Shown: positions 22,855-37,800 of the stretch, piece after piece
Numbering within the stretch: position 1 is the first letter of the stretch
Layout of the letters: the number at the start of each line of letters is the position of its first letter
NCBI GenBank assembly: GCA_030141605.1
Contig: JAQGDQ010000014.1
Coordinates: 1 to 64,000 of the forward strand
Length of the DNA stretch: 64,000 bases
From: Tubiluchus corallicola
Taxonomy: Eukaryota; Animalia; Priapulida
Direction: 5' to 3'
Translations under genes and position numbers: made by a program
Notes under the pieces: model-generated
The model's input: only the letters and a program-made list of their open reading frames with translations
Databases searched by the model: none
What the model was told of the DNA's origin: nothing

Positions 22855-25800
22855 CTAAAAAATAAATCGTTGTTATGAAAAAGTAACTCTGCAATATCAA
22901 GAAAAAAGTCAGATTTCCTTGCCTGAAACATAAAATCCACTTCCAAAGGCAATTCTGTCGATTGCATATCATTTACACATAGCTAGTTCATACTAAGGAG
23001 CCATGTAGATCGCAAATTGTGCAATGTTATTTAAAATTACTTTCCTTTTTTACAATTTGACACACTGCAAGCTAGAGTGCAGCACTAAGTGGCACAGTCT
23101 GGTACCTTGTAGTAGTGAGACCGGAACCTGGTTAGACTGGAACCTGCCTCAATATCAAGGTTGGCTAGACCAGAACCTTCCTCAATATCAAGGCTGGTTA
23201 GACTGGAACCTGCCTTAATATCAAGGCTAGCGAGATCAGAACAGGTCTCAACAAATATCAAGGCTAGAGAGATCAGAACAGGTCTCAATAAATATCAAGG
23301 CTAGCAAGATCAGAACAGGTCTCAATAAATATCAAGGCTAGTGAGGCCAGAACCTGTCTCAATATCAAGGCTAAAGAGACCAGAACCTGCCTCAATATCA
23401 AGGCTAGAGAGACTGGAACCTGACTCAACATTAAAGCTATGCCTCTAAGATGAGCCACTGAACTTGCAAATACACCTTAACCACATTTGGATGTCAACAC
23501 TTACATAAATGTATCTACCCTTTGCAAGATAAATGATCTACCCAGAACAAGTATTGAACCTATTCACCCATTCATTTGTTGATGATGAGTCTCAAGAGCC
23601 TTTCTTAATTTTAACAGGTGTATCTAGAGTAACTACTACTTACATGTGAAGAATTCACCAAAGTCTTGTTCTAGCTTTTGTGCTCTCTCAAACATCTTTT
23701 TTGCCTGTTCTTCCGTCATACGTTTATTCATTTCCCTAACAAGATGAATAACAATTTTTTTAGCTTTATTCATTCAACTTTTATATTTTAATTGCATGGT
23801 ACTAGAATGATTGTCACATTAACAATTATCTCTGGATATTAGTCATGATCATTAACATGTTTTAGCTCTCAGAAAATACAAAAAATATACACATCAATAT
23901 ACGTGAAATTTATCATATCTGTGCTACCTTTTTATACAACAATTCACATAGCAACTAGTGTACGTAAAATCTAAATCGTAAAAAATTGTCAAAAATATCA
24001 AAAACTGACTAACTACATCTAAATGCATCCAATCAGCAGGCATTCAAATTACCAAGTGTAAAAACATGAGGTGATGCTGCACTTTAATTCAGAATTGCAG
24101 TAATACATTTCCACAGAGAACAGTATTTTGTTAAAAACCAATTTCAAAACTGATACAGCATCTAACTGGATAAAGGAAGAAGTACTGTACATACACAGCT
24201 GTATTATCAAGCTACTATAAAAAGCTGCCAAATGCCCATGTACCATAGAGACATGCAATTTTAAACCTAGATAAGTAAAACCAGTGGAGCAATGGGCAAG
24301 TCACACATGAGTACATATATCATGCAATAAAGCTTAAACCTGGCAAGCAACAAGGTTTGTTCAAATAATGAATAAGGTATAAACAATGTACAATAATCTA
24401 TTACAGCCAAGCAATTTTGGGGACATTCAAAAGAAGTGCTGGCAACTACATAAACTTTTCAATACATCTTTGAATAGCTTACCCGCCCCTTAGGAATGTT
24501 TCTTCCGATATTAAATGACTGCAGTGGCACAAATAAAATGATAGTTAGAGCCCCTTATTTTAATGTAATAACTTAAATATGTCCGCAAAAATGCATAACA
24601 TCAATAATTCAATATATTCAAAATGAAAATTGAATTTCAATTGCAATGTGAATACAAATAAATGTGTTGATTAGCAGAAGTTGGCATTTGCACCAGGTTC
24701 TAAGCTTAAAATAAAGTAAAAATTTAAAACACAGAAGCAATAAAATCCAAACACTAATACTCACTATATACAGTAACAAACAAGTGATCGTACTTACATA
24801 AGCGAGTCCACAGACTTGGGTTTGACAAAAGTAGCTATTGGATATAGTTGTGCCACTTGCAAACGTTTGATTGCATTACCACTAACATCTAATATACAGT
24901 GTTTACCCTGTAAAATTCAACAAATGACTAACATGAATTTCGCTCGCATGCGTGTTCGATAAATGCCATTTTATCAACGCAAATCTTTATTAGACGTGAT
25001 TAATTTTCTATCTTGCATAAATTCAGTATTTTCCCAGAGAAAACCATATTATACCAATCGTTTTGCCACGTGTAATGTTTGGAACATCTAATTTTGACCT
25101 GTCTATTGTACATCTACTTTTGCAGCACCTAATTGCATTGATCATCTACACTTTTCAATATGTATTTTGTGAAACACCTATTTTAAGTACTTTGATCACG
25201 GAAATTAAAATGTTCATTGCAATTTATATATGCGAAGATTGAGGTCATATTAATTACATCAGCAAAAGTAGGCTGGGATTGTAATGGTTTAGGTGGCCTC
25301 TTCTTTCCATGACCAATTACAATGTCATTAGATAACTGTTCTTAAAAATATTGTCGCTATTGGTTTTCGTGTATTGTCGTTAGTTTTTTCCACATTTTGC
25401 TCAATTTATTCCTGTATTGCAAATCCCTAAAATTTTGTTTGTTTCCTTCATGCATTGAATAGCAGTCATTTTAGGTATGGTGTTTCAAACACTGGTCAAC
25501 TCTTTACTGAGGTACCCACGACTAGAATGTTTTTACTCAGAAGGCCCAATTACCCCCTGATTTTTAAACTACTAGGCAACTTTTCGAAGTCCCATGTTTT
25601 TCTTACTGTAATCTATTATATTTTGACTATTTTTCACAACAGTAATATTTAGGTATCACACGTTAATGAAGCTAATACAGTGTGAGGAAATAGTGCAGCA
25701 AACTTTCCTTGACGTTACAAACCGAAGAAATAAGCATTATAATGATCAGTAAAATTATAATATTCTTCAGTTTTAGCAGTAATTGCACCACCTGCCATTT

Positions 25801-28800
25801 ATAAATGTAGGAACCTACTTACACTTTCAGCTACTTCTTTCACAGAAGCGACACTTGTGCCATACAAGTTATCATTGTATTGTCCTGCTTCTATAAACAA
25901 ATGATTTTGAATATCTTTCTCCATCTGCTCACGGGAACTCACAAAATGATAATCTCGACCGTCGACTTCGTAGTCTCTCTTTGGTCTCGTGGTATCTGTA
26001 AGCAAATGTACAGTGAATAATAAAAAACTGGAAAAATATTACTAACTAAACATGGCCAAAATAAGGAGGTCTCTTGGCAAATCTTCCACACATATCAGAC
26101 AAACAGCTTTCGGAGCACTCAACAAGTTCGACTTGTCAATTTATTTCTATCAAAAAGGTTGTGTTTTTATCGCCGTATGTTCGCCTGTTAGCAGCACTGT
26201 GCAATCAATTTCTGCAAAACTGTGGAGGGGGAGCTTAAAACGAGGACAAACCCATTTAATTCTGGTGTAGATTGGGCCTCACTTGGATAATGCACTCTAC
26301 TGAGTGCCATCCTAGTTTATCTAGTTGCTTTTATCGCGTTTATCTATTTATCAACCGGCCAAAAACCACTATTAAAATTATCAAACAAACAAAATATTGA
26401 AAAACGAACATACACTTTTAATGTTTACATATAGTTTACAGCATTCTTTGAAGCTGCTTCAGTGAGAAAGGGGAAACATTTCCTGTGCAAAAGACATGAT
26501 GGCAATCATTATTATGCATTTGTACTACGTACGTGGAACACAGCTGCCAAATTTTTCTGGAAATTCAGTAATAAGATCATCGTTTATCCTGTCTTTCAAC
26601 GGCCCAAGAATAACAACCGGTCGAGTGTATTTAAGCTCTTGTTGCACAACAGCTTCATAGGATAGCACAGGCTCTTCTACAAAATAATCACAAAATGTTA
26701 TAGTTATACAAAACAATGATGCTGTGCTTAACATATATTAATTCAGACACAAAATCTGCAGATGCTTGCTCTGAACAAAAGTCATGTCTTTGCTGGACTG
26801 GGTCCTGGCTATCATTTTTTTCAAGAATTTGTTTTCCCCATCACCAATCAAATGTTAATTGTAAATACCAATTTTGAAAATTTAGGCAAACTAAAATGTT
26901 CAATTAAATGCATCCAAAAATAATGTGAAATTAGTAAATCAAATGAACTAAATCTGCTTTCCAAGAAATTCTTTAGGGAACCTGTTTTACAACACATAGG
27001 CCCTTTGCCCTATTTCACTACTTTTTTGTTAAATGTAGACATGGTGCTAAAAACAAAGTTTATATTAATTTAAAGTTCTAACTGGTACTACACTTTATGA
27101 AAACATTATTATTGAAGCACAGTCATAAAATATTTTTCAAATACACTCATATCTTAGTTTGTCAGACAAAAGCGGGGAGATGTTTGGTCCAAATTTGCCA
27201 TGCATAAAACTCACGGTAATGTAGAATCAAACACCTAATTGTCTCAAAAACATTTAGTACGAGCCGCTCCTGACATACAAGCTACACACACACACACACA
27301 CGTGTCGCGTTACACACTGCTGGGTTTCACTGATGTAAACGAAGTGACGGCCCGTCAACTAGCGGTCAGCTCGCGAAACAATGAACGGCGTCTGTAATAT
27401 GCAGGACTTTTAACGGTCCAGATTTTGTCCGATTTTCCCGATATCCATAAAAACGAGGTCCAGTAAACCGAGATATGAGTGTACCAACATTGCAAAACAA
27501 CAGAAAATTAGGCAAACACGTTGATCTGCAACAAATAACAATTTCATGCATAATGCAACACATTAAAAAATGAGAATGTAACTCTAGTGTCTAGACAATG
27601 CAAATTTAGTGATACTGTACAAGTTAGTGACTTAATTATTATATATTTAACATACAAACTAATTAAGCGGGGCTATTATTGTTTGCTGCACTACTGGAGA
27701 TTGATTGCTGTTATCTATTTTCATCCGTCTACACCACGACGAAACGTAATTCCAAAATTAATTAAAATTAGCACACGTAATTTTCTAAATTCATTTATAT
27801 CTAATTAGCATGCAAAATTTTCTAGATTGCATGCCATTACTCACGTATGCTCGCTGCCGATAATTCGCTATCGCTCATTGTCGAATATCCTGCCACTGAA
27901 CAACCCAATAAAACTAAACTTAAGTGCGGGCATAAGTGTTTGCATCGAGAAAATTGAATAAATATGTAACAGATTCTTTCAGATCAGAATAGAATATAAT
28001 AAATAAATGCAACCAAGGTAATAATTAAAAGACTGAAGAATAAATATTGCCAGTCAATACAAACACAAATGAAACAGAACCACAGCAAATAAAATAAATA
28101 CGTATTTTTTTCATCCAAGTGTAAAATAAGGTGAAAAATACTAACCTCTTGTAGGCGATTGCTCATCCCCCACTGTAAAAATGAAAAAAAAAATTAAATC
28201 AATAAGTAACATAATACTGCACAATAAACATACAACACATAACTAACCTGCTCCAAAAAATAACAGTGTCAACTAGTATTACATATTTATTAAAAAATTG
28301 AACAAAAATTGTTCTTTTCACTAGGTCTAATGAAGAAGTATAATACACTTTTACACAAAATTTACTTCCACAAAAGATCAATGTTTTCTTCACTTTACTA
28401 AATTTTGATAAAATCACTACATGTGAATATATCAGCAAACACACATGTTATTACTAACCAACATAATTTCTTGCAAAGTGCACGGGAGGGGTTGTTAAGA
28501 CTTTAGTATCAATAACTAATTTGATTACTTCATCAATTTACAGTTTTTATTGTAATATGCTCTATAATGCACACAAGTAAATGTTACAATAGACAATCTC
28601 TAAGCTTTCTTAAAAGCATGTATACATACTAATACAGGCTCAGTTATTTGGAAATGAAATGCGAAGTACACAAATACCAATGTGGGCTTTAAAGCACGCA
28701 GCAGCAACTATTGATATGTAAACGTAATAAAAATGCAAAGCCCAAACTCAAATAAACCACATAACGGCCATTTTTTTATAAAACTGAATATAGCTTTTTG

Positions 28801-31800
28801 TAGCATACAAGTCATCTTTTAGTAAATTATAAATAGCAGCTAAAACTTAGTGCGTTATTGCTTTTGACATGCTTCGTGTGTCTTATGTGAAGTTTAAATG
28901 CAAATGATTTAGCTATTTCGTAACAAAATCATGCCGCATATAAAAGTTATGCACATCAATGCAGCAGCTAGCTGTGCAATTCTCAAAAATGTCAGTCACA
29001 CATAGCCAAGCCATTCATTTGATGAATGGAATGCTATCGTGCATTCGACTTACTCTCGACGTCGCTAATTTCATCGCTGCTTAAGTCCTTACTCTTCATC
29101 ATAAATGGAAATTTTCGACTAAGGCTAAAATGCTTTTTGCGCTTGTCGCTGGCTGTGGCCACCTTAAGGAAACAAACAGGACAAACATTAATCGTTGAGG
29201 AATAACAACAGAACAATACACGAAAAAATTACATTCGCTAGTTTCATCTTCAGAATCCTTTCCTTTCTTCGCAAAAGAAAACTTGTGCCCGAATTTCTTT
29301 TTTCGTTTCTCCAAGGTGCCCTGTAAGAGACGATTAAAGAGTTTGCAAAGTTAAAAATATTATGATTCTTAATGAAATAACGTTCGACAACATCTACAGA
29401 GTTGTTACGCAGATCCTTATACAACGTTTCCCTCCAAAGCTATTGATCAGTCTATTTAACGTTCGTCACATAATCAAGAGAACAGAATAAGGAAGCAAAC
29501 CTTTGAATCGGAATTAACTGGGCCCTTGCCGCCTTGGAACTTAACTTGTTTCAAACGAGCTCGTTCTTTCCTTTCAACCCTGCAAATCAATCAGTTTAAT
29601 TATATAAATGCAGGCATTATGTGTTCATCACTTATAGGCACACTGTGCCACAAAGCACTTAATTGTTTGAAATTAAAGTTGAACAGAGTCGCAAAAAGAA
29701 TGCAATAAGAATCGTTTTTCACCCATGACTTGAACCTGCACACGTTTTCTTATGAGGCAGGTATTCGTATCAACTGAGCCAACAAAGATTTGCTACAAAG
29801 CAACCACGAATTCTACTTTTCTTTGGGACAAAGATCCTTATCAAAACGTTTCTAATCATGTCTAAGCATTGGAAATGAGTGCAATACTCCAGTATCTCTT
29901 GGTTGCACCTGGTTTTAAGGCAGTATGTACTTCTAAAATTGTCTTGATTTTACATTTGTTTTTATCAATTTTAGTACTTGTTCAAGCTAAATTTTTGTAT
30001 ATACCTTGAATTAAAGTTGTGTGCTATTGATTCTCAAAATTTTTGTGGAAGAAATGACTGGTTGGGAGTTTCATGTCATTTCTGTGATCCTGTGGATCTT
30101 CGTACCACTGGGTGCAGGTAAGCCATTACAGTCGGCTTCTGGAACTGTAAATTATCACATTGGGACACAGCTATCCCAGGGCGTCTTGTCAGGTTGTTTT
30201 TAGCAGCTAATTTTATCTAGCCGTTTATGCAGACAGTTAAATATGTTTAATTACATGAGACAACACCTGCTTGCTATTGGAAACAATTTCTTTCTAAATT
30301 TTAACTTATGTATACAATAAGATACGTTTCAGAAACTGAAGTGCTCATTGGGGAAAAATGCTGAAAGAAGGAAAAGTAGCCAGCTTAAAACTTTTTCTGC
30401 CTCAACTGAGCAAAACATCTCAGTTAGAATTACAACTGAAAGATTACCATCTTTTTGGCATAATACAGGTCGTACTAGGACAATAATGCATATGCCTTGT
30501 CATAACCTTGACCTGAAAGGTCAATTTTCTTCTTCACCTAGAAGATTGTCATTTGCTACAGTAAACTTACGATCGATTCGTAATAAAATACCAGACTTTA
30601 GTGAGCATATTGTGAACAGCAACACAGATATTTATACAGTTATGGAAACCTGGCTCACAGACCAAGACTCTCCTATAGGGCATCATTAAATATATCAAGT
30701 TATGCTTTCTATGATTGCCAAGGGCAAACAGACAAGGTGGGTGGCAAAACTGGCTTACTACTGAAACTCATAAAACTTTTGAATATTCAGAATGGAAAAT
30801 CTGTTATGATAAATTCAGATGAAGACAGCATAATATACCAAATACCATACAGTGGGAATCATCCTATCACTACTAGCACTTTTCTACACGGATTTCCTGC
30901 TTTGCTGGAACAATTAGTACTTAGTAATGAAAAATCGCTTTTGGCTAGAGATTTTACTAGTCATACAGATGCCAGTTTGGTAGTCAATACAGCTAAATTT
31001 GCGGAATTATTGAAATCGTTTTCTCTATTACAATATGTACATGAGCCAACTTATGAATCTGGTCATGTTCTTGATTTAATAATTACTAGAGACAGGCAGG
31101 ATGATTTACAGATCCCGGACTTAAGAACAGAAAACTTTATTTCTGACCACTGTTTTGTCCATTGTCAACTGTCAAATCCAACTATACATTTGGACATCAA
31201 AGAAATAGCATTCAGAAGGATTAATGCACTCAGTTTGGTTTTGCTCTTAAGGAAAGCGAAATTTCCGGCTCTGATCTAGGTCAGATCTTAAATGACGCTG
31301 CTTATCACTGCAACGATGCAGTTTAATCGATGACAGAATCTCGTAAACCTTGTTTAAATCTGTCATGGTGATACTAGACATTTTTGTGAAGCGTCTTTGA
31401 ATATTATCAGTTGTGCTGACTATAGATTTAGACGATACACAAAACGAGTATTATTATTAATATTATTATTTCAACACGAGTTTGAGTCAAGTCACTATGG
31501 CCAAGGTCATTGTCCCAGTCAAGTTTCACATCAAAAAGACTCCAAAATTTAACTAATCCTCAAACTGGAGCTTCATTATTAACAACTGTTTTTGTTGAAA
31601 AATTTTGAGGTCACTGCAAGGCTACTATTGCCACTAGCTCTATAAATGTATATTAAAATGTACATAAGAGACATTTGGATGCACCAACATTACAGTGTTA
31701 AATACGTAACATGATACCAGTAATGAACAAGGAGAGTGTGACAAAGGTAAACCCTTGGAAAGCTGCAAAATGCTTTTATTATGGATACTTGTTTTTGTCT

Positions 31801-34800
31801 TTGAATGTCTTGGAACTGAACCCATGATAACTTCCCAAAGCAGAAAATGAACTACTAATTTAGCAAACATACCAGTGTTAAGTTAATGCACAAATCAAAA
31901 TGCTATTGTTGTACTGAATTTGTTTGCAAGAAGCAGTACTGTCTCAGTTTTAGATATACATCACCTGAAACTATTTCGACGGATGCAGCGAACGTACCTT
32001 CGTTTACTGGGTATAATGCCAATTCCTTCCTCTTCTCCATCTAATAAAACTTTCCGTGCTTGCCACCACTCATCGTCACTTGCATTGGTAACGTGAAGTA
32101 TGTCTCCATACCTAAACGGCAGCCCTCGCATTGGAAGCCCACTATCCTTTGAGGGATCATATTCAAATAATGCCCTGAATACGAGTGTTTGTTTCTGTTA
32201 GTTTAAAAACTCCATCCGGTTGATCACAAAATCAAAAACAATTGTCTAACCAAACAAAAAATTGATTGGTTACACAGAAAAGGTGTGACACCAAAAATCA
32301 CATGACAAAATATCACGAAATTAACTGCTTTTAGTAACAAAAAACTAAATACGTTCTTCTAATAAAAGTTAAATTATGCCAAAAATGCCCGAATATTTCC
32401 TTACATAATATACATAAACTAAGGAAAAATCCCCTGAGAAAATATATGCAGTGAGAAGCAAAACAAGCTATTATATGGCACAATACAAATAACAAATTTT
32501 ATGTGAAGAAATAAACTGAAATCACAATAAAACATAAAAGTAACAGACATCACTGTCGTACCTAACATATAGCGTTCGTTTCTGCGAAGTTCGCAGACTT
32601 CCTGTACTAGTGTTTAATATCATTTGGTCACGCAGATTGTGAATTTTTGCCTCGAATCGATTGTAATCTTCTGGACGATACTGGGCAATGATAGTCACCT
32701 GATGACCGGCATTCTTTAAGGCTTGTGCAGCCTGCTCATGAGTAGCATTGGTCAAGTCAATGCCATTTACCTAGAAAAGAAAGTTGTAAACACTACACAG
32801 CAGCTGCTTAATATTACTGAAACACTGAAATATTAAACGAAAACAGTGACATGCATCAACTTTGTCAATTGCCTGTCTTACCAGTTTTGATATTTTATCA
32901 CCACATATGCTTGTAATATTTGTAGACTATATGGACTTTACTTTCCTTTTAAATATTTGTGAGTCATTTATATTCCGAAACAGTACCTGAATAGAATTAC
33001 TGTAATGCAAGTCCAAACAAAAACTAATTATGGGAGCGACACTGAAGGCATATATAGTAGAATATATAGTGCATTTAATGTGACTGCATGCGGCCGAGAA
33101 GAACCTGTTTCACCAGTGGAAACAAATAGAAAATGCTTAGCTATACAAAGTTAATTAATTATAAACTTACTGAAAGTATTTGATCTCCTCGCCTTAGTTC
33201 GCCAGAGAGATCAGCTGGCCCTCCAGCTAAGATAAAAGATATGAAAATTCCCTCACAATCCTCTCCACCCACAATGTTAAAACCAAGACCAGTGCTGCCA
33301 CGCTGTAGTACCACCCTCCTCGGCTCCCTGGAAAGAAAAATACACTTGATCAATGTGTACGGTAAATGCGCTCTAATCTTACACTAAAATGTGAGTACAG
33401 TTTAATGGCTGCCTAAGTCACCCTGAAAACTAAAGTAAGTTTTAAAATCCATTCAAAGCCCATTCTACCGATTTGTTCAAAACGAAAATGTATTTCCAGA
33501 AAGTTTTCCATCAAAATCATCCGATAATAAAAGTTTATAAAAATACCATGAACCAGTAATATTTACACATAAATAATGGAGTCTAAAACAGCAGTTAGGT
33601 CACACCGAGTAAAACAAGTTTGCTGCACAATTTTTTCAAAAGTATCGCATGTGACCACGTGACAAGAGTCAAATTTCCTCCTGGCTGCTTTGCTGCAAGA
33701 TGATATCATTTCTCTTCCAGAATTGCTTTCTCCGATCTGTGGCAAGCACCACATGAACTCCATTTCCCGCGCACAGATCATGGAACATGCACACTTCATC
33801 CACAATGTTCAGCAAAGATCTACTCTGTGGAAGCCTGGAATGATCCTAGATTTCACTAACGCATGCTTCCTAAGCACTTGCGGTGCTAATTAACTCAATA
33901 ATCGTCAATATTCTATTATTCCACTTCAGTTTACATCCAAATCGTTGTTCACAAGACCAGTTAAATGGCTTCAGCTAAGGCAGAGTGATCTAATGAACTG
34001 CCTCCAGAGGACCAAGAAAAAGCTTTACCAGAATCATAATCAACTGAAAGTCGCTCAAATTCAATAGAGAACTGGTTAATAATGCATGATGGCAAGGAAA
34101 AGTAATTGTGTTAGCAAAGGTATAGTTTGACAGTGATGTATTCTCAAAGGACCAGGTCAATTTCCAGCAACAGATGCATTCGGGTCAATGGTTTATTTAT
34201 CAACTCGGGTCATTTCTTGCAAAAATAAGAACAGTGTAATTATAAATGACACAATTAAAGCAGCGATAATCATAAAAAAATATGAGAGTGGAATTGCTTA
34301 ATGTTAAATCAAAATTAGATCACACAGATAATGCATTTCTATGTGTGCAAAATTAACCAGAAACTAAACATCAACATGAAAAAGTAATGCTGAAACAAAA
34401 TGTTGCCGCCATATCGAAATATAAATTGAAAGCCTTTGCCTGGGAGTAGGAATTTATTATCAATACTTAGTGCCATGAAATCAAGGTTGATGTTTGATCG
34501 ACAATCAAAACATGTCACAACTGCAGTTTATAACCTTCGGATTATGAGAGCAACACCAAAACTTCAACATTGCACAACACAAAAACCCGAAATAATTGGT
34601 TCAGATCGAGTTTCAAAGTCTGTTACCAATAATAAAAATATGCTACACCTTTGTGATCAGATAAATACAAGGTATTTATGTAAAGAGTAATTTCTGTTAA
34701 ATAGCCACCAATCATAAGTTAATGACCTGTTCCAATTAAACTCATATGTTAATAATAATCTATCCATGCTGAAGATACATATTACGTATAGTAAAGACTT

Positions 34801-37800
34801 CTGTCCTAATTGAATTCTTCGAAAAATACTTTCATTCTCTTTTTTCCAGCATTTCCTCTCACGACGGTTTGTTGGAACCCCCAAAACTGAACAAGCAAAG
34901 GTTTAACTGAACTTCATTTCGAACAATATAATTTAAAATACATTTCTTTCCCACACAGAAGTAATAACATTGTGAGGAAGACCTTGCCTAGATGAGAACT
35001 GGGAAATGATACTGAACATGAAAATGAGGGGAAAAAATGAGCAATTAACACTCTATCTGTGACAGGATTCACTTTTCCGTGAACCAACATTTAACCAATG
35101 ACTAAAGTCCTGATTTCCTTAACTTTGTGACATTATTCTCAGCTCTCAAACAAATAAATTATTAAAAATTGCCAGATGGACATATACAAGACTTACTATG
35201 AATGGCATAGTATAATAATTGTCCAGTAAACATGTACAGTGCGAATTATCCAACTTGGACATCAGAGGATTCTGAAATTAACTTCTTAAGTTCCTATCCG
35301 ATTAATCGCGTTTTTTATACAGGTGAGAAAACTGCAAGCCAGAATAAAGGATTGAGTAGGTGGGTCTACTGCTCGATCAAAAGTTGGTGGTGTGAGTGAA
35401 GTTAGACTCATTATCGAATACATCCTTCTAAAAATGAGTTACTGAAACAGCAGAGGCATTTAGCTATGTTCGCCCTTCCCGTACAAGGTAAACCAAACCG
35501 CAAAGATTTTGCAGAAGATATTTCCCAGACTAAGTATCGAACCTGTAGCGGCCATGCTACTCATACAAACATGTACATCTATACACGTAACCATGAAACC
35601 TACATACGAGTGAATCAGAACCAGGAATGGAGTGATAAAAAAACTACGGCTGTATTTTGAAGCAACATTTCATGTACGTTACCTAGCGCTAGTATTCCTC
35701 ATTCTCGCTTGCACTTTTGCAACAGGGCAACCAGGGTGATGGAGTTGCATTAGTCGTTTCTCCTTCATGGCTTCCTGGCAATTTTCGCTCGTGTTATCTC
35801 TCGTCGTTCAGCTTACAAAAAGAGATTACCTACGAATGCGCTTTTGCTAAAATTGCCATTTCAAGCAAGACGAACGAATGTCAGCAGGACAAACAATAAA
35901 TTTGCAACGGATTACTTTGATCTGCGCTCAGTAAATACAGATCGCAATCAGCCAGTGAAATATCAAGAGAGCTGTAAGATGTTTTAGCGTAGCATCGTTG
36001 CGGTCGTAAATTTCTGCAAGCTTAAGAAAAGTGGGAAAACTGCACGTATTACCAAAAAAATCGACTGCACAACATTTACTTTACGAACACAAAAATTTCT
36101 TTACATCATACAACCTTATGATTTATTATTTCGTACGCGAAATTAGCAACTTTACAGTAAATTTAAAACAGCAACTGAACAGAATTTTCCATTTTAACAA
36201 CTTGCATACTGCACGCGAAATGTGTAAGTGTAAACTAAACTCTGTGCCACATGGGTAAATTCAAAATTAGAACAAAAAACTAATGATTCGCTAAAAATCT
36301 TATTTCTGAGCGCTTCCACTTGAACTAGCGCCTCTGGGCCAAACGCCGTAATGTTATGAACACCAAACTGGAGCAAACAGTGCAAACACAACTGGAAAGC
36401 ATACATCACAAACAGCAGGGCCAACACATAAATTGCAAGAACAATTTTCACTTTAAACGGGAGTCATATCCCTGGTAGCCTGGTCAGCCAATGTTCACCT
36501 AATCTCATTATACGTATTGTTAGTTGGTGTTCATTATTTGAAGAAAATTCTTTTGCAAATACCAACAACAAAATTGCAGCTAGTTCGGATAAATACGCTA
36601 TGTCATAACAACCAATTACTGTGCAATTGTTTGTGAATGCAGACACTTTTACTGAGACAACTGACACAGTAATCACTGGAAAATAAAAATGCTAAGAAGA
36701 ATTAGCATACAATCTGTTTAGACTTTTTGGGTTAAGAGCCTTTACATAACTATTGTATAACGTTAATTAAAATGCATGTTTGCGTTTCAAATTCATTTCT
36801 TTTGAAGCACCTTTTTAGTACTTGCCGACAAAAGCAAACAACAGTTTCCAAGCCTAATGACCCGTAATTATGCCCTCTATTAGCAAAACAATTTTGTTGC
36901 TTCACAGATAATGACGACAATTCATAGCCCATTAAAATGTTGAAATCATCAATCATTCATATTATAGTGTTATTTTGCATAACTTGCAAAGCCAGTGTTA
37001 CAAACAATACCAAACTGATTACATGCATTAAAATAAATTAATAATAAGGAAGGAGTAATCTATTTAGCACGCTTCATTTACCTACAGTAAAATTCCTATG
37101 CAAACTAATTTTCAGCCTTAAAAATCAAAAATATTAATGTTTTCTCATTTTTGGTAAAACATTTTAGAGAGAAAATGCTTGTCTATTTTTCATAATTTTT
37201 TTTTATGATTTTATACTCATTGTACCTTAAAATAGTAACGTTAGCAATTTATCAATCTGAATTTCATTTTACTGCGAGGAATTTTAACCTTTAGTACTAA
37301 TTACCATTCGTGTCTTACTGCCCTAAGTACCAATTATTAAGTGCTTATAATTCATATATCACTAGCACCAATTCTATTAAGATTTATGTTTGCAACTTTT
37401 TTCTCATAAATAATTCTCAAACGTTTTGCATGTTGAGATAAAATAACCAGCTATTTTGTCAACGGCATTACATTAAGTCATCAATTAATAATGCAGAACA
37501 ACTACTGTGCCTTGGAAAAACCCAATGAGGCCTTAAAGCGCCTAATTGAAGGTAACGATTAGTGACATTTAGCGAGCCTGACTAAATTGCTAACGCCAAC
37601 TCGAATTTAATAAAAGCCCTACGGATAATTGAGTTTTCTACAAGTGATTTAAGAGCTTGTGGGTAGAGCTTGCGTAAGAAAAAGGGGAGCAGGTGATAAT
37701 ATTAATAACACTAAAGTGTAAGAACGATGTTTACAGGCAGCTGAAAACTTTGCTTCTAATGCATATCAACTAATGTTGGGGACATTTAAGGGCTACAAGA

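Noticed and set aside
23115-23440. Regularly spaced ~32-bp repeats resembling a CRISPR array
   Set aside because: Head-to-tail units without unique spacers, inside a eukaryotic intron and with no cas genes; this is a minisatellite.
29718-29790. Functional tRNA-Met gene
   Set aside because: The acceptor and T stems do not pair, so it is reported only as a tRNA-derived relic.
33560-34030. Slightly GC-richer segment with short ORFs (possible retroelement relic)
   Set aside because: No unambiguous RT/EN motifs and no phase-compatible DLG1 splice sites.
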